Made by a program: the position numbers and the translations under genes. The notes below the pieces were generated by a model. It was not told the DNA's origin. It did not search any database and was given only the letters and a program-made list of their open reading frames with translations. A DNA stretch of 64,000 nt. Source: Eledone cirrhosa. Lineage: Eukaryota. Location of the stretch: NCBI GenBank assembly GCA_964016885.1, contig OZ024741.1, positions 140,492,001 through 140,556,000 of the forward strand, given 5' to 3'. Below, piece after piece: positions 38,842 through 52,866 of the stretch. Numbering within the stretch: position 1 is the first letter of the stretch; each line of letters starts with the position of its first letter.

Positions 38842-39597
38842 TAGTCAGCGGACTTGGAATGGTAAATAAAGCTATTGAAACATATTTGGACCACATACAT
38901 GGAAATCTCATTCTGTAAGAGATACAGAAAATAGAGCTGACTGGCAATTTCTATGTCCTAGGAAGGGCATACAAATATATACAACACAGAAAAATAATCC
39001 AGCATCCAGCTCGATCATTAGAATAGCATTGTAAAGATAATCGAAAATTACTACTCGAATATGCAAATGCGGGGAGAGAATTTTCTTGCGAACTGAATAA
39101 TTATTTTAAATGTTCATTAGATATCAATTATGCTCTGTTGTTTAATTATACATTCAACTTCATGCCAGGTGCTATTTTTAAGTGTTACGTTATAATATAT
39201 CCATCTCGTAACTATCCGAATTATAACAGTTTGAATGAGATACAAATCCTTAGACCTACAGGTTTACTAAGTTCAATGTATGGTGGAGTAGTTGTAAAAG
39301 AAAATGTTAAACATTTGAGCTTTTAGGGTGTAGCGTATTCTCCACCAGTTCAGAACATAGTCATTTGATCTAGAGAAATAGAGAGAGGGTAAAATTAGAG
39401 AGGTGATAAAAAGGTACAGAGGAAAATGTGATCACCAGCACTGAGTTTGTATTTTATTTATTGAGCACGACTTTGGTGAGATTGGAAATCAGAGTGCTAG
39501 GAGAGCTAGAACTAACACCACTAAGTATTTGTTTCGATAGTCTAGCGTCTCCGCTACGTTGCTGCCTTATGATGCTCAATGACATTATTAATTTGAA

Positions 39598-39785
39598 GGG
39601 TGGTGGATTGGGAATATTGATTGAGGGTCAGACGCCATGCTTTGCAACATAGAGCCCTTTACGGTCTGAGTTCAAATCCCGCCGATGTTAACTTTGCATT
39701 TAATCCTTACGGGGTCGATAAAATAAAGCACTAGTAAGGCGTTGGGATAATTGCTGGCCATGTGCCAACAGTAGAAACAATTATT
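39598..39785 (+). mobile_element. SINE (main family)
   Basis: gagttcaaatcccgccgatgttaactttgc..ggggtcgataaaataaag..tagaaacaatt. Confidence 0.82.
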
Positions 39786-42264
39786 AATTTGACCATTAAA
39801 ATAAAGCCTTTGATTTATATTTATCTCAGTTTGTTTGCTATAACTTAATATTATACTAAGTAAGATAAGCAATCGCTTATCTTACGTAGTATAATAAAAA
39901 TTAGGATGATGAGAGTATCATAGTTCTTACCTTTTATCTATAAACCTTTTAAAGTCTGAAGTACCCATTGTTTAGTGTAAATTGTACTGATTGATTAGGG
40001 TAAAATCCATTGTGCATTCAGGTGAATCACTAAGGGTTATTTGTTTTTATTTCATATGTAGAATGGAAGGAAAGTACGTAAATAAAACATATCTGAAGTA
40101 CCATGGATTTCATTGTACAGAATGATTTTACTAATTTCGTTGAAAATTCAAGAGATTCATTAGGATTAATTTATTTCCCCCTGTTTAATCGAAAGGAATT
40201 AAACTGAATTGAATTTAAGTAAAAACGTCTGGCGTACTATATGTTCCATATGTTTTGTACTGAATGGTTTTACTAATTTCGTTCAAAAATTCATGAGATG
40301 CAGTAGGGTTAACTTATTTATTTTCTAAGTTCATTGGAAAGAAATTAAACTGAACAGAACTTAAATTAAGTTCATAGTAAATTCACCCCTTATCTCTCCA
40401 ATAGTGTTTTTCCTCTTGAAATGTATTGATAAATTCTTTTTGCGTTGATTGATTCACTTATCATTGGTATGTCAATATCATTGGCAGCCAGCCTTCAATT
40501 TCTTAAAGACAATTTCATCGTTTCAAATTAAGTGATTTTGGTTTTCTTCCAACATTCATTTCTTTATGTAGATCTTATCTTCTATATAATGCAGCAACGT
40601 TTCCACTATCCTGGCCAAAACGTTTGCCAAGCAAATTTTATCTAAAATTATAAAGAAACCACAAAACATTCTTTGGTAAGAGGTTCTCTGTATTGAAAGT
40701 AATACCACAGAACAAACATGCATTCCACATGTAGGGTTCACAAGCGGAATTTTAATCCCAGTTGAAAACAACTATTTTTACGTATATTTATTAATTAATG
40801 TACATGCAACTGTACAGCATAATTTACATTTAATAAGGATAGGATTGTATTATAACGTTAAATGGAAATAATGCATTTTCTAAGCTAGAACAATGAAGTT
40901 AAATGGGAAAATAAGCAAACATTATAATCTTTAATAAGGGATAAACTACAGGTTCTAAAAACAGAAGGCGTCAGTTCAAATATTTTAGTAGTTTTTTATA
41001 CATCAAGGAACGTAAATCCTTGAACAAGTCAACGATGCATCCTGGTGTCCCTACGTAATTCGAAGTTTACAACCAAGGTGATACAACCATGTTTGAGCAA
41101 GCGTCAATCTGTTTCCTAGTGTCTTACTACTGACCCCACTGTTGACATCGCTTTAGTCATAGGCATGTATATACCCTCTTTACAACTCCTATTATAGCTA
41201 TATTCTTCCCAACTATATAACGTTTAACAGAAAAGTATTAAAATGTATTCGTTGAATATACTGTAAGAAAATGCTAGAAAATAGACGGGTTGTTGAAATG
41301 ATAACAGTTCACCTCATGTGTTATGATTGTTGGCTATGACTAATGAATTCCACGTGTGTGAGGATGCGCATGTTCTTTACATATGTGTAGAGGAATTATA
41401 TATTTATAGGCAGTTAAATCAATATATGCACGAGGCGATGTGTTTACATAAATCACTCCATTTACCGTATCTATATATATAAATATAAATATAGTTACTG
41501 ATATTTATTTGCAATAGCATGTATGTCTTCATATATACCTATTTTATTAATAAACACACATGGCAACAAATAGTTACATGTCCAAATATATATATATATA
41601 TAATATTGTTTATATGTGTGTGAAATGATAGTGTACATGTTACTTATTTGCGTTGCGGGCGCAAATGCAATGAGTCTACCTTTATTTAAAATGCAATTCA
41701 CATAAACGTTATAAGGGCATATTTTTTCCGACAACATAAATCATAACACTTCTGCAAACCTGCCATTTTTTTATATCTACATTGCTTCATTTGAAAACCA
41801 GTTGCATTAGAAATAATTTAAAACGGGCCTCTATAGGCATACCACTGCATTAAAAATAAATAAACACTTAACTATACATGAATCTAAGTGGCAAAGGACA
41901 AATGCTTGCGCGTTAGTATGTGACTGTTGAAACTCCGTCGCTTCATATGATGTATGTTCTAATTGTTTGATCAAAGAACCAGCCTCCTCTACTCGTGAAA
42001 TAAAAGTAGCTGATCCATTCTACAGATATATGTATCATTAACATAATGTTCAGAGAGGTTTAGTATTAGAGAGCATGTGAAAAGGATAATTCTTTGAATA
42101 AGTGTTGCACCTGAATGGTGCAACGTGAAATGAAATGTCTAGCTCAGGAGAACAACGCACCGCTATTTATCGAACTCACTCGCAAACGCTATATAATATC
42201 ATGATATATAGTTGTATTCCGACGGCTGTATCACTCTATACGAATACAACCTATTTCAAGTAAT

Positions 42265-42485
42265 AATTTTGTTTGATTTAGGCAAAGGTACAACAGTTTT
42301 GAGGGAGGGGAAAGTCGTTTAAATCAAACCCCCTGCGGTACTGGTACTTTAGTTTATCGACCTTCTATGGAGAAAAGACAAAATTAACCTCAGCAGGATT
42401 TGAACTCAGAACATAAATTGCCGTAATTCTATGCCAGGAAGCATGGTGTCCGATGTTCTACAGACACTACCAATCCAACGCCCTC
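42265..42485 (-). mobile_element. SINE (main family, diverged)
   Basis: ctggtactttagtttatcgacc..aacctcagcaggatttgaactcagaac..ccaatccaacgccc. Confidence 0.75.
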
Positions 42486-42829
42486 CTTATTACAAGTAAT
42501 AATAAGATAAATCTGAGCTCGAATTTTTGATAACTCATTGATATATCTATTCAGTGCTGTAATAAACCCGTGGCAGAAGATATGAAAACTGAACCTTTTA
42601 AACTGAACAACATGTACATCAAATACGAAACACTATTTAAAATATCTTTTAAACTCAATGCTTCCAAATGTGCGACCAAATATTTTCTGTGCAAATATTT
42701 ATTTTTAAAGGGAAGTGGAGTTGTTTAGTGTGTTAGGTATTGCAATTCGTAATAATCTGTACAGCCGTAAACCTCATTACCAAGATATTCTTGAAAAGAG
42801 CAAAACAGCACTATGTCCGCCTGAAATTA

Positions 42830-42950
42830 ATAATTGTTTCTACTTTAGGCATAAGGCCAGCAATTTACCAGTGCATTACTGGTACTTTATTTTATCGACC
42901 CCGTAAGGATGAAAGGCAAAGTTAACCTCGGCGGGATTTGAACTCAGATC
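42830..42950 (-). mobile_element. 5'-truncated SINE flanked by a cgcctgaaattaataat duplication
   Basis: The core is intact. cgcctgaaattaataat occurs at 42818-42834 and again at 42950-42966 (likely TSD). Confidence 0.85.
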
Positions 42951-43555
42951 GCCTGAAATTAATAATACGAGTATTTGTTTAATAAGGCAAATATACGCAT
43001 TCACAAGGAAATATCATATACACAATTCAATTATCATAACATTTTTAGATATTTTCTTTTATATAATGATGTTAAAAGCTTATATCACATGTACACATTT
43101 GTGAAATAGAAATGTTGTAGCTGAATTCTGTGATAATTAGTAAGGTTTGAAAACGAATGTTTAGCATGTTTCTGAAATATTATGCCCAGTACTCCATTGC
43201 GATTGAAATGTATTAAAGTGGTTACGATAGGAAAAATAAAGAATCAAAAAAGCAACTTTGAACATGTCGTATCTTCATACACCTCTTGGTGTAATTAATA
43301 GTATCTGTTTATAAGCAGTTAGAAACCAAATCAATATCTACATCAGAAAACAAGTAGGCATAACAAGCAGCAAGTATTGATTTATTATTTACGAAAAGAA
43401 ACCGAAATATGAACCAATTAGATGCGATAAGACTAACATATGATAGCAAAGGGTTTCTATATATGTATGTATATATATATATATAAACATGTAGGTATAT
43501 ATGCACACACGGCCACCCCTACACACACACCACACACACACATATATATATATAT

Positions 43556-43676
<121 letters not shown>

Positions 43677-46000
43677 CATATAAGTGTGTGTTTCATTTAC
43701 TTAAATAAACCTATAAGTGACTACATGCTTTCGCGTTCTTCTAGGCGAAGTTAATTGCCTCTCCTATTGAATCAATTCAACTTCAGTCCACTACTCTGAA
43801 TAAATTGAAGTATATAATAGTTTATAAAGCGACAAGAAATTACGAGAAATGCGCAATTAAATGGAATAATATCAGAAGACATTTGCAGATAAAGCAATTG
43901 TTTCTGTATCTCTTAGAGTTTGTGTCACGTTTGTAATGCATGGGGTGACGAATCCATTAAACCAAATTGATAGCTTAAGACGGTTGACGCCTTTCAATTG
44001 CAGTGATGTCATTGCTGACCAGCAGCAAAGAATTACCAGTTTCAACCTTCCTTCACAAGCCAAATTCAGATGCTATTAGAGAAAGCTGGTGGGGTCAAGA
44101 TAAAATCACGTTTTTTATATAATATAGTGGAATATCAGAATCATTTCTACATCGGGCAAATGATCAGCAGTATTTTTCTGGTTCTGAGTTGAAAATATAT
44201 ACGCTGTCAAGCAGTAATCATTTTACTAGCTCTAATCCATTGACTTCTAATATAGTCATAGAATTGCCGTCGTGACATACACGTTTCTTGGTCTGTCTTG
44301 TGTATCTAAACTTGAAGGAGTCCATCGCTCATCAAGTTTGAACAGAGCCAATTTCTCCCAAATAGAAATGGACTTGAAAACAAAGATCATATTAACTATC
44401 AAACATATATAACTTAAACGTATCTGAAATGTTCTATTTCAGTGATAGGATGCAGTTTTTTTCTCATGTATTCTCATGTTTTGTCCCGTCATGTACAACG
44501 GCACAAAACAATTCATTATATATCGAATGTGTTTTTTTAATAACCACATCAATCTCATTGTTTGCGGCATCTCCTCCTACTATACCTCTTCGTTTCAAAA
44601 TATTATATTACAGTCAACTTTAAAGTACTCATCACATGTCAGCTAAAATCTATTTGCAATACTTCGAGAATATTTTTTAAATCTATTTGCAATACTATTG
44701 AGAATATTTTTAATAAATATGTAGTTTTCATTTGAAATGTTTTGACATGTTAAGAAATTAAATTGATACTTTATTATTATTTATAAATTCACATCTGTAC
44801 GCAAACAGTACAGGATTCAATAAAAGCTGCGAGAAATATTTAAATAAACAGAAAGTTTTCTGATATATATGTTTCTCATGTATCTCTCTGAGGAAGAAAA
44901 TATAAATGAACAGCCTGAATCGAGTTTTGGACCTTGTGAAAAAACATCAGAAGCTATATACTTCGTTTACAATCTCCGACTACATATGTATGTCTGTATT
45001 TATTCATTTATTTTATAATCAATTTATTCGTCCATAGTCAGATATGACAAACTCAGGGAAGTATCTATTTGCGAAACAATTGCAAAACAAAATCAAGATT
45101 AATGAATATAAACATAAAAATCAAATTTTAAAAAATAAGATAAAAATTTAAACGGAGAAGGTTAACGCGAGGCAAAATAACTATGAAAAATGATTTATAC
45201 ATCCATTAAATGTAACATTCATAGACAATTGGATCTGACAAACTACATTGTGATATACTAATTTGTGCACTAATGAGCTGAATGTATACTATAGATACAT
45301 ATCAGGACCCAAACACTACAAGAGTCAACCTAGATTGCAAGTAAATATATTGGTTTATGTTTTGTTTCTGCGATTATATAGGTAGCTTTGATAATGGTGA
45401 CAGCAGAGACGAAAGCATTGGTCAATGTTCATATTTGCATACTGATGTCTCACAGCTTCGATTGAATACTGTGCTCGTCGTGTCGGCATCTGAATTTATT
45501 GCACTTCCTCTGCATCTTTCACACATTCATATATTAGAATTTAGTACACCATTCTATAAATTGTTCTGTAAATAGAACGCTAAATGACAAGCTGTTCATT
45601 TCTATGGCAAATATTGGATTTTAAAATATGATGACTACGAATATTCAGTGTTTTATCTATAAAATATGGGTGGGTGCCTCTACATCATATTATATTTTGG
45701 GCTATCAGATTTAGTGTAGCATTATATGAGTGGATTATCTGTTAGATTTATTATCTATATATGTCCTGTAAAATTCTATTTCTATTCAACTGAATGGGTG
45801 AAAATTTAGTAGTTTTAATGTTATTATATTCTTAGAGGTATGAAGCCGGATTCCCCGTGACGGCGCCCTCATTATCTGATCTGATATTTTAAAGCGAATT
45901 TAAAGCACCCAACTGAAAAATGTAGTCATTCCTGCGCAGGAGCATCCTACACTATATATATATGGAAGTTGTAGTTTACTTTAAGCATTGCGTAATGAGG

Positions 46001-48615
46001 TATAAACGTTTGGAGTTGGAAGGCCAAGACAATGCAGGTATGGATATAGAATATAAATGCAAATGCAAAAGATATTGTGGACAATTACTCTTTTACCTTA
46101 AATTTATTTAAATATCCTTAATTTTCGAGATAATATCTCTTCTTTGGATAAAAGTAAATGGGTTAATCCAGTGTTCTAATTAGCTTGCCAAGTCATGCTG
46201 ACAGGAAATGATATAGAGATTCCATTCTATCTTCTAATATCAAAGAGTGAAGGTTAGGTGGATAAAGAGTTGTCTCCCTTTAAAAGCGGTTTTGTACATG
46301 TATGTTTAAGTGTGTGGGAGAATACGTGAAGGCGTAAGTATGCGTGCGTGTGTGTGAGTGTGAGAAGATATGTCTATATGTAAATGTGGGGGTTAGATGC
46401 TCTATCATGTTAAGACTATTCTTTGTGTGTGTATGTATGTGTGTGTGTGAGAGAATAAGTGGATGTGTATGCGTGTGTGTGTGTGATGTGTGTGCGTGTG
46501 AGTGTGTGTGTGAGAGGGTGTAATAAGTGTGGGGCTAGGTGCTCTATCATGTTAAAAATTGGGTGTTGAGTTCTAGTCTATTATTGATTGGTGGTTGTGT
46601 TTTATCTATAATCAGTACTTCCTTAATTCTAAGATTGCCGAGGTCACTTTCTTTAGTTTCTATCCTAACTGTTATGATTTTGTCGGTGTTTTTGCATTTC
46701 ACTAGGTGTTTCTTAGTATTGAGGTGTTCTTTTATTCTTATGTGAAGTGGTCTGGTGGTACTACCTACGTAGAAATTGCTGCATTTGTCGCACTCTAATC
46801 TGTATACGATGTAAGCCTGGTGGCATAGGTCTGTGTCGTAGGTGGGGCAGTTGGCTAGCCTGCAGCGGCTGTCATGTCTGGTGGAGTGTCTTTTGGTTAG
46901 CCGTCTACACTACATTCCCCGCTCATCCAATGTCGTTGTATTGACGGACTGCGTGATTGCAGAGAACATCCACTGCTACGGCCTCCATCCGACGGACATA
47001 CACCAGCTTTTGTCCTTGACAGAGGACAACACGTACTTCACCTTCCACCACCACACATACAGACAGACAACAGGATTACGCATGGGATCCAGCTTAACGG
47101 GCCTGCTGGCCATCACCTAAATGAACCAGCTAGAATGCCGAGCCCTCAACACCTGTCATTCCCATACCTTCTTCATCTGATATGTAGATGACATACTCAT
47201 CCTTACCTCATCCCGTGAGGAAGCGGATAAAATAAACACGACATTCTTCAGCATGGACGCCAGTATAATGTTCAGCATGGAACACCCCGATGACCGCGGA
47301 TCCCTATCCCTATTGGATACACAGGGTAACAGAGGAAGGCAACATCCACACCTTCTTCTATAAAAAAAAGCCGCCAGCATGGATCTGTTCGTACATTTCA
47401 GATCGGCCTTCCCAGCCAGCGCTTAGTTCGGATACATAAGGAACGAACTACACGTATCCAGAACAAATGCACCGACGCAAGAGACCGAGACACACACACC
47501 ACACATTTCCTGGAAGTACTTAAACTGAACGGATACCCGACGTCCACCGCGAAACGTGCCAGAAATAACTGAGGACACAACACCTGCTTCCTGAAGCTCC
47601 CACACTTCAGTGACGAAACAACAACAGACATCCGCAGACCTATCAGACGAGAGGGACTAGATATCCAACTAGCCCACTCAGGACCTTCTCTACGCGGACA
47701 GCTAACCAACAGACACACCACCAGACATGAAAGCCGCTGCAGGCTAGCCAACTGCCCCATCAACGACACACACATATGCCACCAGGCTTACGTCGTCTAC
47801 AGATTAGAGTGCGACAAATGCGGCAATTTCTACGTAGGTAGCACCACAAGACCACTTCACATAGGAATAAAAGAACACCTAAATACTAAAGCTTCCTCCT
47901 TTAAGAAACACCTAGTGAAATGCAAAAACACCTACAAAACATATCCGTTAGGATAGAAACAAAGGAAAGAAATCTCGGCAATCTTAGAATTAAGCAAGCA
48001 CTGATTATAGACAAAACACAACCAACAATCAATAATAGATTAGAACGCAACACCCAATTTTTAACATGATAGAACCCCTAGCCCCACACTTATTACACCC
48101 TCTCACACACACACTCACACGCACACACATCACACACACACACGCTTACACATCCACTTATTCTCTCTCACATACACACACACATACACACACAAAGACC
48201 AGTCTTAACATGATAGAGCATCTAACCCCCACATTTACATATAGACATATCTTCTCGCACTGACACACACACACACGCACGCATACCTACGCCTTCACGT
48301 ATTCTCCCACACACTTAAACATACATGTACAAAACCCCTTTTAAAGCAAGACAACTCTTTATCCACCTAACCTTCACTCTTTGACATTAGAGATAGCATG
48401 GAATCTCTATACCATTTCCTGTCAGCATGACTTGGCAAGCTAATTAGAACACTGGATTAACCCATTTACTTTTATCCGAAGAAGAGATATTATCTCGAAA
48501 ATTAAGGATATTTATATACATTTAAGGTAAAAGACTAATTGTCAACAATATCGTTTGCATTTGCATTTATATTCTATATCCATACCTGCATTGTCTTGGC
48601 CTTCCAACTCCAAAC

Positions 48616-48622
<7 letters not shown>
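46001..48622 (+). mobile_element. Penelope-like element, 5'-truncated with an inverted 3' copy
   Basis: RT remnants NTYFTFHHHTYRQTTGLRMGSSL and YVDDILIL (47030-47210), GIY-YIG VVYRLECDKCGNFYVGSTTRPLHIGIKEH (47790-47880). Arms 46001-46905 and 47697-48622 are reverse complements. Confidence 0.9.
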
Positions 48623-48649
<27 letters not shown>

Positions 48650-48965
48650 GAATAACAAGAGGCTCGACTGGTGTAATTCCTTAAAGATTTATTATACTAT
48701 GAACATTTCAATGACCGCGTTCAGTATGAATTCAGTGACATCATCAGATATTTGAAACTTAACAAAGGATACAACAGACACAATCCATGGGGCTGAAAAG
48801 GTCGAGAGGCGAGTGGGCGGCCAAACAGTTAGCAGTTTCTAGTCCAGTTGGCTGCCCTCGAATACCTGATGATGTCACCGGATTCATACTGAACCCGGTC
48901 ATTGAAATGTTCATAAAATAATAAATCTTTAAGGAATTACACCAGTCCAGCCTCTTGTTATTTTA
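48650..48965. mobile_element. Short fold-back PLE-like insertion with two opposed hammerhead motifs
   Basis: Arms 48650-48753 and 48860-48963. CTGATGA at 48866 (plus) and 48741-48747 (minus), irregular stem II, then GAAATGTTCATA. Confidence 0.65.
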
Positions 48966-49284
48966 TAATAATTAACTACGTACTCGCACCACCAACAACA
49001 CAAACTAAGACTGTTGAGTTGCATTACGTCCAGTGCTCTCCCTAATATTACATCAATGGTGACTATACGGAATGACTAGTTCTATCCAGTGGTGAACTAA
49101 CAAACCTAAATGAATATATATTTGAGGTCAAATACCAACCCTACTACCATCTACAAACTGACCAATGAGAATCAAGACTATTCCTGCTGACAACATTAAA
49201 TTATTCCTAACAAGCTCATATGTCCCGAGGCTCTGATACCATCAACACTATAAACACAGAGCTTGCATATCTAAGAACTGATTA

Positions 49285-49340
49285 ACTGCCTGATGAGGTC
49301 ATAGCCATTTAATGGCTATCATCGAAATATATGTAGCAGT
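49285..49340 (+). ncRNA. Minimal type I hammerhead ribozyme motif
   Basis: actgc-CTGATGA-ggtcatagccat-tta-atggctatcatc-GAAA-tatat-GTA-gcagt, with a perfect 5 bp stem I and a long stem II. Confidence 0.82.
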
Positions 49341-49409
49341 AAATAAGGGATTATGAGTTCATGCAATTGACTTATGTTTCATCACTATATATACACACAC
49401 ACACATATA

Positions 49410-50181
49410 TTATGAAGAGAGAAGAAACATTTAGATATAATTAGTAATAAAATGTATCATACCTAAACTGCTCCTAGATTCCTCGACTACGTAGTTTCGT
49501 GGCATAAACAAAAACAATACATCATAAAGATATAGAGTCCTTGCGAGGTCTGCCGACTTATCAAGAGGATACCTCATTTTACTAGCTTCAAGAACGCGTC
49601 TACACGACGTGAGAAAGAATCTCAAAAGGCGGAGTGGGAGATAGTCACGCGATATAACGGTCGAGAAACAGAGCTAATCCTCTTATAACCCCGAAGAAAA
49701 TACCACGGAGGCGGAGGGGGTATTTATATCGAAGCCGTAGAAGAGGTGGTGAAGGAGGCGAGAAGTATGAGTAATGGCAGCTTTCCAGCAGTCACCACAC
49801 TTCAAAGATTACTCGACCAGAGGGAGTTATGAACAATATATTTAGAAACACACAGATACATGCGGACACACACATATACATGAATGCATCCACACCCAAC
49901 CGTGAGTTAATGGTGCCAACCTTACCGATGTTGCTCAATGAATGACTGGGACAGACCAATCCGGTTGAATTAGACTGAACCAGTATCAGAGTTAAAAATA
50001 CATTATGAAGAGAGAAGAAACATTTAGATATAATTAGTAATAAAATGTATCATACCTAAACTGCTCCTAGATTCCTCGACTACGTAGTTTCGTGGCATAA
50101 ACAAAAACAATACGTCTTAAAGATATAGAGTCCTTGCCAGGTCTGCCGACTTATCAAGAGGATACCTCATTTTACTAGCTT

Positions 50182-50183
<2 letters not shown>
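49410..50183 (-). mobile_element. Non-coding element with ~180 bp direct repeats (period 593 bp) and a degenerate hammerhead-like 3' half
   Basis: Repeats at 49410-49590 and 50003-50183. The minus strand reads GAAACTACGTAGTC-gagga, but the 5' core is (a)tgatgt / aagacgt. It is flanked by TA/CA repeats. Confidence 0.65.
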
Positions 50184-50243
<60 letters not shown>

Positions 50244-50676
50244 ATATATATATTCGTCCCTAAAAATATATCATGCCTGAACAATTGTTTACATTTTAAC
50301 AAAAGCAGCATCACACTAGAAAATAGTATTTAACACGAGTATGATTACTACAATTATTTACATGGGCACTGAAACGAATAGGCATGCATCATATGAATAT
50401 TATAATCAAAGTTATAAGCAATATATCCGTTTGCACAATGAATTCAGTATAACATTTTCAAGGAAAGTAAGTATCACATGCTAAATGATACACTCACCAC
50501 AAACATCCAAGCAAATATATACGGTACCATACATTTCCAGTAAAAGGTCCTACTACTTATTCGTATACAACAACATCAAAGCAAGAAGGGAATATACATG
50601 CATAAATACATCTACACCAACACCTACACTTACATGCTTATATATATATATATATATATATACATATACACACACA

Positions 50677-50762
<86 letters not shown>

Positions 50763-50766
<4 letters not shown>

Positions 50767-50958
50767 AAAATGTTTAACCCAGGCGGCAGAGCTCAAGCCG
50801 TTTCGACGGCTATTTCTGGTCTGGACTGAAATAGCCGTCGAAATGGCTTCAGCTCTGTTGTCGGGGTTAAACATTTTCCTGTTACCTACTCTACTACCCT
50901 AAGTATTGAGTACTCTGGTGCGTTATGTTCCATCTGGTTCATGATCACACTTCCTTCG

Positions 50959-50960
<2 letters not shown>
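50763..50960 (+). repeat. Near-perfect ~52 bp-arm hairpin plus ~80 bp tail between TA runs
   Basis: aggaaaatgtttaaccc..gccgtttcgacggctatttc / gaaatagccgtcgaaatggc..gggttaaacattttcct. Confidence 0.8.
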
Positions 50961-51002
<42 letters not shown>

Positions 51003-51089
51003 AGGGTTGACGGACCCAGCATATTTATCAATGCCAGTAACGGTTGTATCTCAGCGCACTCAATGGGCAATATATATATATAGAGAGAG

Positions 51090-51892
51090 AGAGAATTAGT
51101 ATATCTACCAACATATGCGTACAGATGTACACTAATGCTAGCAAATACATAAGTTATGTCATAGTACCTAGGTGGTTCAATGCAGGAGGATGCAGAACAA
51201 TAATATGAAATACGTAAAATAAGAAAATTAAAAAAAAAATTAAAAATTAACTTACTAAAATTTTCACTCCAACTAATTAGTTTCTGTAATGGGATAAAGA
51301 TAGTTACGTAATATAACATCGAGAATTCATTACGTCATCAGTTCTTTCATATTATTGTTCTGCATCCTCCTGCATTGAACCACCTAGGTACTATGACATA
51401 ACTTATGTATTTGCTAGCATTAGTGTACATCTGTACGCATATGTTGGTAGATATACTAATTCTCTATATTTATCTCCAAATTATTTATTTGTTGAGCAAA
51501 CCTGCCAAATCCACTACTAATTCATTGGTGTGGTAGTAGGCTTTTGTCATCTTACCAACCCACTCCTTCCGACTAGCCTCAGTGTCACGTGATTGATTCT
51601 TTAGAATCTGCCATTTGACCAGAGACGGCGAACTTTTTCAGTGCATGGAATCCAGTCCCCGCTAGCTGTTCCATCCATCGAATTATTATTATTTTTATAT
51701 GAGTCCCTAGTGTCCGCGCATTGCCTGGAGACTTAGCTGAGAATAGACTCCCAGATGACGTAATGAATGCTCGATGGTTATATTACGTAACTATCTTTAT
51801 CCCATTACAGAAACTAATTAGTTGGAGTGAAAATTTTAGTAAGTAAGTTAATTTTTAATTTTTTTTTAATTTTCTTAATTTACGTCTTTCAT
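51090..51892. mobile_element. Non-coding element with interleaved inverted repeats A'B'-A-core-B
   Basis: 51090-51210 is the reverse complement of 51345-51464, and 51205-51340 is the reverse complement of 51753-51892. A more GC-rich core lies at 51490-51750. It is bounded by TA/GA repeats. Confidence 0.8.
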
Positions 51893-51904
51893 ATATATAT
51901 ATAT

Positions 51905-52320
51905 ATGAATGTATGTATAGTATATCTCATAATATACTGTATGTTTATTATGCTTCTGCCGATACTTATCGAAGCTGGATTCTTATAGAATTCCAGTGAT
52001 GTTTAAGAGCTTATTAAGCAGAGCAGTTGCCGGTGCAGCAAAAATTATAAATGAGTATCAGTCCTCTTAAATAGCGATGTATGTATGAATGTATGTATAG
52101 TATATTTGATATTATACCGTATGTTTATTTTAAAACATGTTGAAGACCATTCACTATGAGTTTTAAGGTAGTGACTATGTCACTTACTTTGTCTCGGCAA
52201 AAACAAAGGGAAGCAACTGACAGCTGTTTCTCTTTTGTTTACGGTTATCAATAATAGCTAATATCGCCTCCCCCGCTCCAACCGAGATTTATCGAAGCTG
52301 GATTCTTATAGAATTCCAGT
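51905..52320. repeat. Small element with split direct repeats
   Basis: atgaatgtatgtatagtatat.. occurs at 51905 and 52085. ttatcgaagctggattcttatagaattccagt occurs at 51966 and 52288. Confidence 0.7.
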
Positions 52321-52323
52321 ATA

Positions 52324-52380
<57 letters not shown>

Positions 52381-52866
52381 CAAAATACAATCCAAGTCAA
52401 TGAAAAACATCTTAACACATGCCAAAGTACTGCCACAACCACAACAACGATACCCAGAGTAAAAAAATGCGATACACCCAACTGTGGCATTTGCATCAAC
52501 CTAATAGAGGGTTCGGAATTCTATTTCAAAGATGGACAACGTTTTATAGTAAAACACAATTTCACATGTGCATCGAAAAATCTAATATATGTATTAACTT
52601 GTTCAGGTTGTCGAGAACAATACATAGGCCAGACCAAAAACAGCCTCCGCCAACGCATGACTGTCCATAGATCCCAATTCAAAATACGGGAATACAGGAA
52701 AATAACACTGAGTGAACACATTGATACCTGTGCCGCCCAAAATCATCCCAACTTCAGAATCTTTCCCCTCTACAAGTTTAAAGATAATGCCACCCACACC
52801 CAGCGCATCAGCAAGGAATCTTACTTCATTAACAAATACGGACCCCGTCTAAACACTTCTCCCTAA
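52381..52866 (+). mobile_element. Neptune-type Penelope-like 3' fragment (Cys linker plus GIY-YIG endonuclease)
   Basis: Open frame KCDTPNCGICINL..FTCASKNLIYVLTCSGCREQYIGQTKNSLRQRMTVH..LSEHIDTC..RISKESYFINKYGPRLN*. It begins directly after (TA)n. Confidence 0.88.

Larger units (their letters stand above)
36380..38975 (+). mobile_element. R4/Dong-like non-LTR retrotransposon remnant (CCHC region plus restriction-like endonuclease), split by a DNA transposon
   Basis: ..DFHVNTDRTIKANRADIIV..SKYK..EIEKM..TLPVI(37102)|(38842)VSGLGMVNKAIETYLDHIHGN..EIQKIELTG..VLGR matches the R-P-D / K..KY / P-V-I-V-G-A-L-G / Q-K block of RLE-type elements. Confidence 0.75.

Noticed and set aside
43870-44390. Possible coding exon(s) on the minus strand
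   Set aside because: The composition is coding-like, but there are stops in all frames examined and no recognisable motif.
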